From Verrucomicrobiota bacterium (GTDB lineage: Bacteria; Verrucomicrobiota; Verrucomicrobiia; Limisphaerales; SXQI01): a DNA stretch of 64,000 bases. Positions 29,930 to 39,931 of this stretch are shown here, one piece after another. Under the pieces are notes generated by a model. The model saw only the letters and a program-made list of their open reading frames with translations, ran no database searches and was not told where the DNA came from. The stretch covers positions 14,399 to 78,398 of the forward strand of contig JANRLX010000111.1 in assembly GCA_033762115.1 (NCBI GenBank), given 5' to 3'. Both the position numbers and the translations under genes were made by a program. Positions within the stretch are counted from its first letter, which is position 1. Every line of letters starts with the position of its first letter.

Positions 29930-30985
29930 GTGAACAGTATCAAGGGCCGTGGCGCCGCGGAAAATCCTGCCAATCGTTTCGAGGAGATTCATCTCCAGAG
30001 GGACATCGACTGGAACCCGGAGGACGATGGCCCGCTGCATACCCGCATTTTTCACGACACCACGCAAAAGATCATCAATTACAATGACAGCCCTGACGTG
30101 GGATTTGATGCGAGCGTGAATCCGTATCGCGGTTGTGAGCATGGCTGCATTTATTGCTTCGCGCGTCCCACCCATGAATATCTGGGGTTCTCATCCGGGC
30201 TGGATTTCGAAAGCAAAATCATGGTCAAGCTGGATGCGCCAACTCTGCTGCGCAAAGAGCTTTCCTCACGCTCATGGAAACCGCAGGTGATCGTGATGAG
30301 CGGGGTTACGGATTGCTATCAGCCACTGGAACGTAAATTGCGCCTGACACGCGGCTGCCTGGAAGTCCTGGCGGAGTTTCGCAACCCGGTCTGCATCATC
30401 ACCAAAAACCATCTTGTGACTCGTGATGTGGAACTTTATGCGGAACTGGCGCAATACCAGGCCGCTGCGGTGAATATTTCCATCACGACGTTGGACCCGG
30501 AATTGACCCCGATCCTTGAGCCGCGCGCATCGCTGCCAAGAATGCGCCTGGCGGCAATCAGGGAACTGAGTGCTGCCGGGGTGCCGGTCGGCGTCATGGT
30601 CGCGCCGGTGGTCCCGGGAATCACGGATTTCGAGATGCCGCAGATCGTTGCGGCGGCGGTTGAAGCCGGGGCAAAGTTTGCCGGATATGTGCCGGTGCGT
30701 TTGCCTTACGCGGTAAAGGATTTGTTTGATACCTGGTTGCAACGGCATTTTCCTGACCGCAGGGAAAAAGTGTTGAATGGCATTCGCGCCTTACGTGACG
30801 GAAAATTGAACGATCCCAACTTTGGATCGCGCCTGGAAGGGAGCGGACCTGCTGCGGAACGGCTTTCAAAATTATTTGAAGTGTCCTGCCGAAAGGCCGG
30901 GTTGCCCAATGAACGATCAAGCCTTTCGACGGCGGCATTTCGGGTGCCTTCCGGCCCGCAGATGCTTTTACAATTGCAAGGTTAA
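29930..30985 (+). CDS. PA0069/Rv2578c family radical SAM protein (SplB-like)
   Basis: NPYRGCEHGCIYCFAR (CxxxCxxC) and TDCYQP motifs; GTG start inferred. Confidence 0.9.
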   Translation: MNSIKGRGAAENPANRFEEIHLQRDIDWNPEDDGPLHTRIFHDTTQKIINYNDSPDVGFDASVNPYRGCEHGCIYCFARPTHEYLGFSSGLDFESKIMVKLDAPTLLRKELSSRSWKPQVIVMSGVTDCYQPLERKLRLTRGCLEVLAEFRNPVCIITKNHLVTRDVELYAELAQYQAAAVNISITTLDPELTPILEPRASLPRMRLAAIRELSAAGVPVGVMVAPVVPGITDFEMPQIVAAAVEAGAKFAGYVPVRLPYAVKDLFDTWLQRHFPDRREKVLNGIRALRDGKLNDPNFGSRLEGSGPAAERLSKLFEVSCRKAGLPNERSSLSTAAFRVPSGPQMLLQLQG

Positions 30986-30999
30986 TTCAAAACCCGCTA

Positions 31000-31365
31000 T
31001 CAGCGCGGCTGTCCGATTCGGATGAGATTGCCGTCAATATCAACGACGGCGAACTCACGCATTCCCCACGGCTTATCCTCAATGGCGTCCTGGCGCGGGA
31101 TTCCCTTTTTTGGTAACTGCGCGGAAGCAAAAGTGCAGTGGATGCTGTCCACGTCCAACACCCTGATGTAACAGCCTGCGCTCGATTCGGCAGGAACCAG
31201 TTCCTTATGGGTAAAAAAGTGAATCTCAATCGTGCCGCGCGTCAGGATCAGATAATCACCAAAACCATGAATCTCTCCCTTGAAACCGAGTCGTCGATAA
31301 AATGCCAGCGTGTTCTCCAGCGAGCGACTGGGCAGAATGGGAATCGCAATGTCCTGCTGTTGCAT
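31000..31365 (-). CDS. VOC/glyoxalase (bleomycin-resistance-like) protein
   Basis: AFYRRLGF and KPWGMREFAVVDIDGNLIRIGQ motifs. Confidence 0.9.
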   Translation of the reverse strand: MQQQDIAIPILPSRSLENTLAFYRRLGFKGEIHGFGDYLILTRGTIEIHFFTHKELVPAESSAGCYIRVLDVDSIHCTFASAQLPKKGIPRQDAIEDKPWGMREFAVVDIDGNLIRIGQPR

Positions 31366-31453
31366 GGTGGTGGTGCAGTCCTGTTTCGAAATCTATTTTG
31401 CGAAAACATCCAGAAAGTGCAAATTTTTTGCCAGTGACTGAAATAGAGGAAAC

Positions 31454-32926
31454 CTATTCCCTGGGAAAACCGCCTGTATGGCAGTTATTGCAGGAGAAGT
31501 CTTCGTTGACCGCGTCGATGTGGAAGAAGGCGTGCCCTTTGGCCTCGAGTTTCTGTAGATCGGTTTCTGCGCTGCCTTGAGCCAGAATTGTGTGGCAGGA
31601 ATTACAGCTGCTCGCGGCGATCATGCGCCCATCGGTGCTCTTGTGTTGGCCATCGTGACAGCGGAAACATCCAAGCCATTCCTTGTGGCCTATGTTATCA
31701 GGATAAGCACGCCAATCCGCTTTCATCTCAGGGAAGAAATTTTGTTTGAAAATGGACTGCGCCGCAGCGATTGCCGATTCCATGCGTGGTTCTGCTGGAT
31801 ACAATGTTTTCAGATGTGCTGAGATCCGCGCAACGGCTTCCTCCTCGGTTGAATACTGAGCAGTCAGCACCGCGACCACGTTTGATTTAACCCACGGGAT
31901 TGTTCGGTCAATTTTCCCTGCCATGATCGCTTCATCCACTGCGTCATTTGGCGTGGAAAATTGATGTGCCGGACGGTTGTGACAATCCATGCAATCCATG
32001 GTTCGCACCTTATGCTTTTCCGGTGCATCCACAAAACCGGGGAGGCGATACTCCCTTTGCTGTCCTTTGCTGTCGGTCACGCGCACCCAGGGAATTGTCT
32101 GACGCTGGTCATCTGTCGCAAGGTATTCCACCTTGTTCGCCAGGTTCATGTGCCAATGAATTCCTCCCACATGCTCGTTACCGCCTCCAACATTCAAGGA
32201 CAAACGTACCGCGAACGCAGTGTTCGTTTCATCCGCTAAAAAATGATAGTAGGTTCGGTCCAACTGCCCGGAATTTCTTTCAGGCCAGTGACATTGCTCA
32301 CATGTCTCCTGGGCCGGACGCATGTTCGGCACAGGGGTTTTGATCGGCCGGTTGTAATCGCCTGTTAGGACACCCACCAACTGGTGTACTCCATTCAATT
32401 TGGCTTTCACATATGCGCTGGCGCCGTGCCCCACGTGACACTCAACGCAATCCACTCTTGCGTGCGGCGAATTTTGATATGCCGTATACTCCGGCTTCAT
32501 CGGTGTGTGGCAGGCCTTGCCACAAAATTGATTTGATTCCGTGTAACGATACGTTTCATAGCTACCCACCGCCGTCATCATGGCAAAGATCGCCGTGCCA
32601 AATGCAGCGCCAGCCAGAATCCTGCGATCACGCGGTCGCCGAAGATCGATCATGATGGCTGAAGGGGCTTCTGTCCCGGCCTTTTGTCGATGACGCCGAT
32701 GAATCCAGATGCCCAGGACCGCGAGCAGGAAACCGAGTAGCATGAACCCTGGTGCCACGACATACGCCAGCAATCCTATGTAGGGGTTTCCGCCGTGTGC
32801 GGTCATATCGATCGCAAACAGCAGCAGGAAAGCCAGTAAACCTCCCGCTGCAAGGATCGTTCCTGCCAGCGTCAGCCAGTTTCGGGACAGGCCAGGAGAA
32901 TGCCTGGGCTGGTTTGATTGGGACAC
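31454..32926 (-). CDS. NapC/NirT-domain heptaheme inner-membrane cytochrome c (ImcH-like)
   Basis: Three N-terminal TM helices, NPYIG and TESNQFC motifs; six CxxCH plus one CxxxCH. Confidence 0.88.
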   Translation of the reverse strand: MSQSNQPRHSPGLSRNWLTLAGTILAAGGLLAFLLLFAIDMTAHGGNPYIGLLAYVVAPGFMLLGFLLAVLGIWIHRRHRQKAGTEAPSAIMIDLRRPRDRRILAGAAFGTAIFAMMTAVGSYETYRYTESNQFCGKACHTPMKPEYTAYQNSPHARVDCVECHVGHGASAYVKAKLNGVHQLVGVLTGDYNRPIKTPVPNMRPAQETCEQCHWPERNSGQLDRTYYHFLADETNTAFAVRLSLNVGGGNEHVGGIHWHMNLANKVEYLATDDQRQTIPWVRVTDSKGQQREYRLPGFVDAPEKHKVRTMDCMDCHNRPAHQFSTPNDAVDEAIMAGKIDRTIPWVKSNVVAVLTAQYSTEEEAVARISAHLKTLYPAEPRMESAIAAAQSIFKQNFFPEMKADWRAYPDNIGHKEWLGCFRCHDGQHKSTDGRMIAASSCNSCHTILAQGSAETDLQKLEAKGHAFFHIDAVNEDFSCNNCHTGGFPRE

Positions 32927-32935
32927 GCGCAGTTC

Positions 32936-33268
32936 CTACTTTTTGAAAGCGCGCATTAACGTTACCAACTCCTTAATCTCGTCGTCAGAAAGTTTGTCTC
33001 CGAATGGTTTCATCGCTTCCTTTCCCTTGATTGTCTGACCTTCCTTGATCGATTTGAAAGCCCTTGCGTCGTCCAGTTCGGCCTGCACTTTTTCATCTGT
33101 GTAGTCCCTCGCGCCAGCCTGTTTTCCCATGCGTGTCTGCCCTTTTCCATCAGGTCCATGGCATTTTGCACAGTTTTTATCGTAGTTTGTTTTTGCGTCA
33201 GCCGCGCTGCTCGAAGCAGTTAGCAACACCATTGTGCAGATTACGGTTAGTAAGGTTTTGCTTTTCAT
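32936..33268 (-). CDS. Periplasmic monoheme class I cytochrome c
   Basis: Signal peptide, CAKCHG.DG.G and a distal Met in AMKPF..KLSDDEI. Confidence 0.92.
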   Translation of the reverse strand: MKSKTLLTVICTMVLLTASSSAADAKTNYDKNCAKCHGPDGKGQTRMGKQAGARDYTDEKVQAELDDARAFKSIKEGQTIKGKEAMKPFGDKLSDDEIKELVTLMRAFKK

Positions 33269-33275
33269 AAAATTC

Positions 33276-35420
33276 TCAGAAGCGGAAACGAAAAGCCGAA
33301 GACAAAATGTGCGCTTCGTAATCATTGCGACCTCCGAAGGTCTTATCAGACAAGGTGACCCACCCGTATTTGAGGGTCCATTGCATCGCACTGCTGAATC
33401 GATGTATCAGCGTCCCGGTGATCCCATGTTCCTCCGCCGACACCAAAAAGGGCACACTGACTGCCGAATTGTCAGAGAAGTTATCCGCATAGTACGTGAA
33501 GTATTGCGCCAGCAGATCAGTCTTTTCCGTCAATGCGTACCCCGCAGTTGCGGAGGCATCGATATAATCCTGGATCGATTTTTGTACCGCATTGGCTTGT
33601 CCGGCACTCGTGCTGAATGGAGTCTGGGTACGGTCCAGAACGTAATTCACCGCAGCCTGGAGGAGCAACCGTGGCAAAGGCGTCCAGGTAATGCTCTCTC
33701 CAATGATGTGTGAAGTCATCTCTGCGCTTTCCACTTCGCTCAATCGATCCATCCGGCTGTTGATCGTTGAAATCTGGAAATCATATCGAGTCACCAGCGA
33801 CAGCGATTGGATTGGTCGAAGGCTTATCCGGAAATTAATATCATCCGTGGTGAAATCCTGGTCACGAATGTAAGCGGGGTAACGATCACCACCTGTATTT
33901 AAAGTGCCGTCATTAGTGTGATCATAATCATTCCGGCGTTCCTTGTGATAGTATTGCGCGGCAAGATTCAATCCCGCTTTTGGATACCAGTTTGCGCCTG
34001 CAACATACTTTTGAGTAAAGCGTGTTGAATCGCTATCTCGAGAGATGGAAACCACCGGAGGCACTCCGTCCTCCAGCACCATTTCCCGTTCTCGCAGATC
34101 GCCATCACCCTGCAGCCATTCACCGCGGACATACAACACCCAGTTGGTGAGCCCCGTATAACGCGCTTCCAATCCTTCACTCACATCCACAAAGCTGCGT
34201 TCACGCGTGTTCTCGATGGCTTCAATGATCGCTGGCAAAGCCGGTGGTCCACCTACATTCGTTTCTTCAAAATCCGAAATTCCATCCTGCTCCTGTTTCT
34301 CGGCCCGGATGGACGGCACAATGGTGAGGTTCTCCCACGGCTCAAGCATTAAGTTCAAGTTCAGCACATGCTGATCGATTTTGGACCCTCCGGAGAGATC
34401 GAAAAATCCTTCATCACGCTGCTGCCGTCGTGCAAAGAGAGGGTCATATAACGCGTCATAATCAGCACCGTAAATGCGACTGCCGCCGATATCGGTGTCC
34501 AGCTTTGTGAGAGAGTAACCAGTCGTGAACAGGATTTTTTCGGAGAACCGTGTTTCCTGAAAAGCCCGCACGTTGAACAGATCTGTCTCTACGATTTCCC
34601 GTTGGGTCAAAAAGCGGTCTTGCGCCTCGCCCGGACGTCGTCGCATGTTACGCGAGTTGTCCTGGTCGGAATGTTCATAGCGTAATCCGACTCCAAATCT
34701 GGTATCCGCGATCGTATGTTCGCCATCCAGCCTGAGAATATCCCGATCTTCGTCGAGATTATAAAAACTCGGCACTATCCCACGCGTTTGCCCGGCAGGT
34801 AAGCCAAGTCCGGTATCTCCCCAAATTGTTGAGTCCTTTTGGCCGTCTCGGGTTTGGCGCGAGTAACCAAAGCGAATAATCGGCGCGTCCGGTAAGGTCA
34901 ACCCGCCTTCAAAGAACAGTTCGCTCCGGTCAACGAATAGTTCGTCATCGTACAGATCAAAAACCCGATCGTTGATCGGCAGATATCCTCCGGTACCATC
35001 ATACCAGGTACGAAACTCCCGGTAACCAGCCCGTAGGTAACCATAATCCGGATGTTTATATCCCAACGTTAAGGAATAATCGTCATTGTCGAAGATTCCC
35101 CGGCCATCCACTTCCAGGAGCCCTTTAGGCCCGACATCCTGTTCGTAATGGAAATCGGTAACCCCTCCATAGACATCTTTCGGGATCTGATGTCTCTCCA
35201 TGAACTGGGCTTCGTTTCCCTTGATAAAATTCCCACCAATGGAAACTTCAAGCCAGTTCCTGTAATCTGTTTCTTTTTTGGTTTCTAATTTAGGCGCTTC
35301 TGGCTCGGCTTTGACTGTCTGCTTCTCTTCACCAGCTGCCAGTGCAGCGCTGCACAGGCATGCCGCGGCGCATGCTCTCCTGAGACTGGCTTTTATCCAC
35401 CGTGTTGAACTTGTTTTCAT
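33276..35420 (-). CDS. MtrB/PioB-like outer-membrane beta-barrel
   Basis: 714 aa, signal peptide, amphipathic strands, terminal FRFRF; lies directly behind an MtrA-like gene. Confidence 0.82.
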   Translation of the reverse strand: MKTSSTRWIKASLRRACAAACLCSAALAAGEEKQTVKAEPEAPKLETKKETDYRNWLEVSIGGNFIKGNEAQFMERHQIPKDVYGGVTDFHYEQDVGPKGLLEVDGRGIFDNDDYSLTLGYKHPDYGYLRAGYREFRTWYDGTGGYLPINDRVFDLYDDELFVDRSELFFEGGLTLPDAPIIRFGYSRQTRDGQKDSTIWGDTGLGLPAGQTRGIVPSFYNLDEDRDILRLDGEHTIADTRFGVGLRYEHSDQDNSRNMRRRPGEAQDRFLTQREIVETDLFNVRAFQETRFSEKILFTTGYSLTKLDTDIGGSRIYGADYDALYDPLFARRQQRDEGFFDLSGGSKIDQHVLNLNLMLEPWENLTIVPSIRAEKQEQDGISDFEETNVGGPPALPAIIEAIENTRERSFVDVSEGLEARYTGLTNWVLYVRGEWLQGDGDLREREMVLEDGVPPVVSISRDSDSTRFTQKYVAGANWYPKAGLNLAAQYYHKERRNDYDHTNDGTLNTGGDRYPAYIRDQDFTTDDINFRISLRPIQSLSLVTRYDFQISTINSRMDRLSEVESAEMTSHIIGESITWTPLPRLLLQAAVNYVLDRTQTPFSTSAGQANAVQKSIQDYIDASATAGYALTEKTDLLAQYFTYYADNFSDNSAVSVPFLVSAEEHGITGTLIHRFSSAMQWTLKYGWVTLSDKTFGGRNDYEAHILSSAFRFRF

Positions 35421-35441
35421 AGTAGTTCTCCAGCTGTGGTT

Positions 35442-36251
35442 TTAGAACCGAAGTGATGAACTGATGTGCGAACCATGCACGGCCTCATGACAACCTGCCG
35501 TCCAGCAAGTGCCCCGTGAGAGGAACTGGCTGTGATCCCGTCCTCCAATGAAAATCGTTGCGGGCGGAACCTGCTGTTGAAAATGGCATTTCAAGCAGAG
35601 GTTCTGGTTGCGTTGGGTCAATAATTTGTCATTGGTGGTCCCGTGCGGATCGTGGCAAGTGGTGCAACCCTCCCGAACCGCTTCATGCTCGAACACAAAC
35701 GGTCCGCGTTGCGCAATGTGGCACTTGGCGCAGGTGTCTGAATCAGACGCCATTGTAAAAGGCCCGCCCGGTGTCGCCTGACCTTTATGCGGATCGTGAC
35801 ACTCGCTGCAACTCATCTTTCCATCGCCAATCGGATGGTGGTGTGGCAGTTGAAACCGGCCTTTCATCTCCAGGTGACACGAGAAACACACTTCCGGATC
35901 ACGGTTCGGATTAATGATGGTGTTCCGTGCTCCTCCAGATTCGTTATGCAAGCTGCCGGGGCCGTGGCAACTCTCGCACCCCACATTCCTGGCGTGATCT
36001 CCCTTTGCCATCAGCCGCGCATGTGTAGCCGACCCGAAATGCGCACTCACCCCGCCATGGCACTCCGCGCATGTTTCCGAGCCCACGAATGTGGATCCCG
36101 GAATATCCGGTGGTACAAACAAAGTTCGCTGAACGTTTACGCAGGATATCAATGTCGCCAGAGACAAAAGCAAAAGCGCAATGGCTCCTGCTCGACGTAC
36201 TGTTTTCTTCCTGCCTGAGCACAAACCGCGGGTTGGGGCTTGGTCTTTCAT
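35442..36251 (-). CDS. DmsE/MtrA/MtoA-like multiheme cytochrome c (8 hemes, probable lipoprotein)
   Basis: Seven CxxCH plus CWTAGCH; RGPFVFEH.AV, CHDPHG and VHGS motifs of the MtrA family; lipobox-like LISC. Confidence 0.88.
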   Translation of the reverse strand: MKDQAPTRGLCSGRKKTVRRAGAIALLLLSLATLISCVNVQRTLFVPPDIPGSTFVGSETCAECHGGVSAHFGSATHARLMAKGDHARNVGCESCHGPGSLHNESGGARNTIINPNRDPEVCFSCHLEMKGRFQLPHHHPIGDGKMSCSECHDPHKGQATPGGPFTMASDSDTCAKCHIAQRGPFVFEHEAVREGCTTCHDPHGTTNDKLLTQRNQNLCLKCHFQQQVPPATIFIGGRDHSQFLSRGTCWTAGCHEAVHGSHISSSLRF

Positions 36252-36610
36252 ATCTCCACCAGGAGCAATTCCTGATCAGTTGAATCGCAAAAACAATCGC
36301 CTGGGTAACTCTTTTCGCGCTTAAGCCTAGGAAGGTGAAAAACTTTCCGCTAACCGTTTCTTGGCTTTTTATTCTAATGATGAAAAATTTTAAGTTTGGC
36401 CCCCAGGAACGGTACAACCCTTTACGCAGGCCTCAGCCACAAGTTTGGAACGGCGGCAAATCCCTGCCTTTTTTTGCCTAAACAGAACCTGCGATTCGTG
36501 AAGAACACCGCGTGCGCAGTAAGAACGCTGCCAGAAAAACAATCGCTTGGATCAGTCTTGTCATTATTCACGAACGTTGAAATGACTCCATCAGCCTTAA
36601 ATCTCCCCAT

Positions 36611-38473
36611 TTATTCCACGGTGACACTTTTTGCGAGGTTGCGCGGTTTATCCACGTCGCAGCCGCGGCAGACTGCGATATGATAGGAGAGCAGTTGGAG
36701 GGGGATCACCCCGAGTAACGGAAAAATCGATTCAATCGTCGGGGGGACATAAATCACATCCTCAACCAGCGAGGTGATGGACTCATTCCCTTCCGTGGCG
36801 ATGGCAATGACCGGGCCTTTCCTGGCTTTGATTTCCATGAGGTTGCTCAAGGTTTTGTCATAGAGACCATCACTGGGAGCGAGGATGACCGTAGGGGTTT
36901 TCTCATCGATCATGGCAATCGGCCCATGCTTCATCTCTGCGGCGGGATACCCTTCCGCATGGATGTAGGAAATTTCCTTCAGCTTCAACGCTCCTTCCAA
37001 TGCGACAGGAAAAGTGTATTGCCTGCCGAGAAAGAAAAAATCCTCCGCTGCCGCATACTTTTGGGCGAGGGTTTTAATCCTGTCGTTTTGCGCTAGAATT
37101 TTTTCGATTTGGGACGGGACTTGCTCAAGGGCCTGGAGCACCTGTGAACCGCGCCGGGAGGACAAGGTGCGGATACGGCCCATCAGCAGCGCGAAGAGGG
37201 TGAGAACAGTGACCTGGGAGGTGAATGCCTTGGTGGAAGCGACCCCGATTTCCGGTCCCGCATGCAGGTAAATCCCGCCATGCGCTTCCCGGGCGATGGT
37301 GCTTCCGACCACATTACAGATGGAGAGGACCGGATGCCCGCGCCGTTTTGACTCCCGCAAGCCAGCCAGGGTATCGGCGGTTTCCCCGGATTGGGTGATG
37401 GCCAGGATCAAGGTGTTTTTTTCGATTGGAGCATTGCGGTACCGAAATTCACTCGCGTATTCAACTTCAACAGGGATGCAGGCGAGGTCTTCGAAAAGAT
37501 ACTCGCCCACCAGGGCGGCGTGCCAACTGGTGCCGCAGGCCACGATCACGATTTGATCCACCGCGCGAAGCTCAGCGAGCGAGACGTTCAAGCCGCCGAA
37601 TTTGGCAGTCACTTCTTCGCGATCAATCCGCCCGCGCATGGCATTCTGGACAGTGCGCGGTTGCTCAAAAATTTCCTTGAGCATGTAATGCGGAAATTCC
37701 CCCTTTTCACTTGCCTCAGCGTTGAATTCAATCTGGCTGATCTGGACTTTGGCGGTGTCCGAACCCAGGTTGTTGACGGAAAAATTATCTCGGGTCAACG
37801 TCGCCACATCATAATCATTCAGGTAGACGACCTGGCGGGTATGAGCAACGATTGCGGTGGCATCGCTCGCGAGGAAATTCTCACCTTCACCCACCCCGAT
37901 AATCAAGGGAGAGCCGCGCCGCGCGCCAACAATAAGTTCCGGGTGATCGGCGGAAATAACGGCAATACCGTAAGCGCCGATGACCTCCTTTAAGGCGTTC
38001 ATCACCGCCTGTGTCAGGATGTGGGTACCGTTTTGGGATGGTTTCGCTTTGAGTTTGTCGTAATGGCTGCCGATCAGGTGTGCAAGCACTTCAGTGTCGG
38101 TGGCGGATTTAAATGTATGCCCTTCCTGAATGAATCGTTCCTTGAGTCGGTCGTAGTTCTCGATAACGCCATTGTGGACAACGGCGATGCGCCCGCTTTC
38201 ATCCGTATGGGGATGGGAATTTTCGTCATTTGGGGGGCCGTGGGTGGCCCAGCGCGTGTGGCCAAGGCCGGTGTCACCGCTCAAGGGTGAGGAGGAGAGA
38301 AGGCGGGCGAGCCCTTCATCGATTTTCCCCTTCTTTTTGCATGTGTGGAGGGTTTGATCGCGGAGAACTGCTATTCCAGCGCTGTCATAACCCCTGTATT
38401 CCAGGCGTCGAAGCCCTTCCAGAATAATGGGGGCTGCCTGTTTTTTTCCCACATAACCGATAATTCCACACAT
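36611..38473 (-). CDS. glmS: Glutamine-fructose-6-phosphate aminotransferase
   Basis: MCGIIG start, LEYRGYDSAG, GHTRWATHG, QSGETADT and PRNLAKSVTVE motifs. Confidence 0.98.
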   Translation of the reverse strand: MCGIIGYVGKKQAAPIILEGLRRLEYRGYDSAGIAVLRDQTLHTCKKKGKIDEGLARLLSSSPLSGDTGLGHTRWATHGPPNDENSHPHTDESGRIAVVHNGVIENYDRLKERFIQEGHTFKSATDTEVLAHLIGSHYDKLKAKPSQNGTHILTQAVMNALKEVIGAYGIAVISADHPELIVGARRGSPLIIGVGEGENFLASDATAIVAHTRQVVYLNDYDVATLTRDNFSVNNLGSDTAKVQISQIEFNAEASEKGEFPHYMLKEIFEQPRTVQNAMRGRIDREEVTAKFGGLNVSLAELRAVDQIVIVACGTSWHAALVGEYLFEDLACIPVEVEYASEFRYRNAPIEKNTLILAITQSGETADTLAGLRESKRRGHPVLSICNVVGSTIAREAHGGIYLHAGPEIGVASTKAFTSQVTVLTLFALLMGRIRTLSSRRGSQVLQALEQVPSQIEKILAQNDRIKTLAQKYAAAEDFFFLGRQYTFPVALEGALKLKEISYIHAEGYPAAEMKHGPIAMIDEKTPTVILAPSDGLYDKTLSNLMEIKARKGPVIAIATEGNESITSLVEDVIYVPPTIESIFPLLGVIPLQLLSYHIAVCRGCDVDKPRNLAKSVTVE

Positions 38474-38619
38474 AAAAACTCTCGCGCGAAAATGCGCCTC
38501 ATCAAAACGCAATACGTTCCTGGTCGCGCCGGGTGAGAAAAATCTCCTGTTGCCCCTTGCACTACCCCTGATCGGAAGGGTATATCAGCAGCAACAGTTC
38601 GCAAGCAAAGGATGAGGTT

Positions 38620-39927
38620 ATGCCGTCTCCGAAAGTCCAAGCGGTCAATATGGGTTCAGTTCTCTCCGTCATCATGGGGGGCGGACAGGGAACACGACTT
38701 TTCCCCCTAACCAGGGAGCGTTCCAAACCGGCGGTGCCATTGGCGGGGAAGTATCGCCTCGTGGACATCCCGATTTCCAACTGCATCAACTCCGGGTTGA
38801 AAAAAGTTTACCTGCTCACCCAATTCAACTCCGCCTCGCTCCACCGGCATATTTCGCAATCGTACAAGTTCGATCATTTCACCGGGGGGTTCGTCGAAAT
38901 CCTGGCAGCCGAGCAAACGTTCACGGATACTTCATGGTATCAGGGTACCGCGGATGCCGTCCGAAAAAACCTCGTCCATTTTCTCAACCATAGTTTTGAG
39001 TACGCATTGATCCTGAGCGGCGATCAATTATACCGGATGGATTTTTCCAAAATTCTTTACCAACATGTGGCGACCGGAGCGGAACTGACCATTGCCACCA
39101 TTCCCATGCCCCGTGACCAGGCGCCCTCCCTCGGGATCATGCAAGTGGATGAGGATCGTCGCATCACGCGATTTGTGGAGAAACCAAAAGAACCGGAAGT
39201 GATCGATTCCCTGCAGATTCCCCGCGAATGGTACCGCCAGTTCGATATCCAGGGTGACCAGGACTTCTTCCTCGCCTCGATGGGAATCTATATCTTCAAC
39301 CGGGACATCCTGTTGAAGCTGCTCGACAACAACTTTACCGATTTTGGCAAGCACATCATTCCCGGCGCCATCGGCAAGCACCGCGTTTATTCCTATATTT
39401 TTCAGGGCTACTGGGAAGACATCGGGACAATCCGGAATTTCTTCGAGGCGAACCTGAACCTTGCGAGCGAATTGCCCGCCTTCAATTTTTTCGACATGGC
39501 TTCCCCCATTTTCACCCGGCCACGGTTCCTGCCCGGATCAAAAATCAACGGCGCGGAGATTGATCACGCCGTGATTTCGGATGGCTGCATCATCAATCAC
39601 GCAAAAATTTCCAACAGCATCGTGGGGATTCGAAGTCTGGTGGACTCCGGTTCCTCGATCAACCGTTCGGTGGTGTTGGGAAATGATTATTTTGAATCTC
39701 TCGATTCAATTCAGGAGAACGAATCCGCGGGACGTCCCAAAATGGGGATCGGGAAAAACACCCGGATCGAAAATGCGATTATCGATAAGAACGCCCGGAT
39801 CGGGGACCATTGCGTGATCACCCCTGCCGGGAAACCGGAGAATGTGGATCATCCCCTCTACTACATTCGCGATGGCATTGTCATCGTGCCGAAAAATGGC
39901 TCGATCCCCCACGGGACTGTGATCTGA
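38620..39927 (+). CDS. glgC: Glucose-1-phosphate adenylyltransferase
   Basis: GGGQGTRLFPLT..RSKPAVP, WYQGTADAVR, LSGDQLYRMD, ASMGIY and YWEDIGT motifs. Confidence 0.96.
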   Translation: MPSPKVQAVNMGSVLSVIMGGGQGTRLFPLTRERSKPAVPLAGKYRLVDIPISNCINSGLKKVYLLTQFNSASLHRHISQSYKFDHFTGGFVEILAAEQTFTDTSWYQGTADAVRKNLVHFLNHSFEYALILSGDQLYRMDFSKILYQHVATGAELTIATIPMPRDQAPSLGIMQVDEDRRITRFVEKPKEPEVIDSLQIPREWYRQFDIQGDQDFFLASMGIYIFNRDILLKLLDNNFTDFGKHIIPGAIGKHRVYSYIFQGYWEDIGTIRNFFEANLNLASELPAFNFFDMASPIFTRPRFLPGSKINGAEIDHAVISDGCIINHAKISNSIVGIRSLVDSGSSINRSVVLGNDYFESLDSIQENESAGRPKMGIGKNTRIENAIIDKNARIGDHCVITPAGKPENVDHPLYYIRDGIVIVPKNGSIPHGTVI

Positions 39928-39931
39928 TGGT

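Noticed and set aside
36422-36610. 62-aa ORF starting right after the glmS stop
   Set aside because: No recognisable motif or protein-like composition; unsupported without conservation data.
38474-38619. glmS ribozyme upstream of glmS
   Set aside because: The short divergent intergenic region shows no recognisable ribozyme core.
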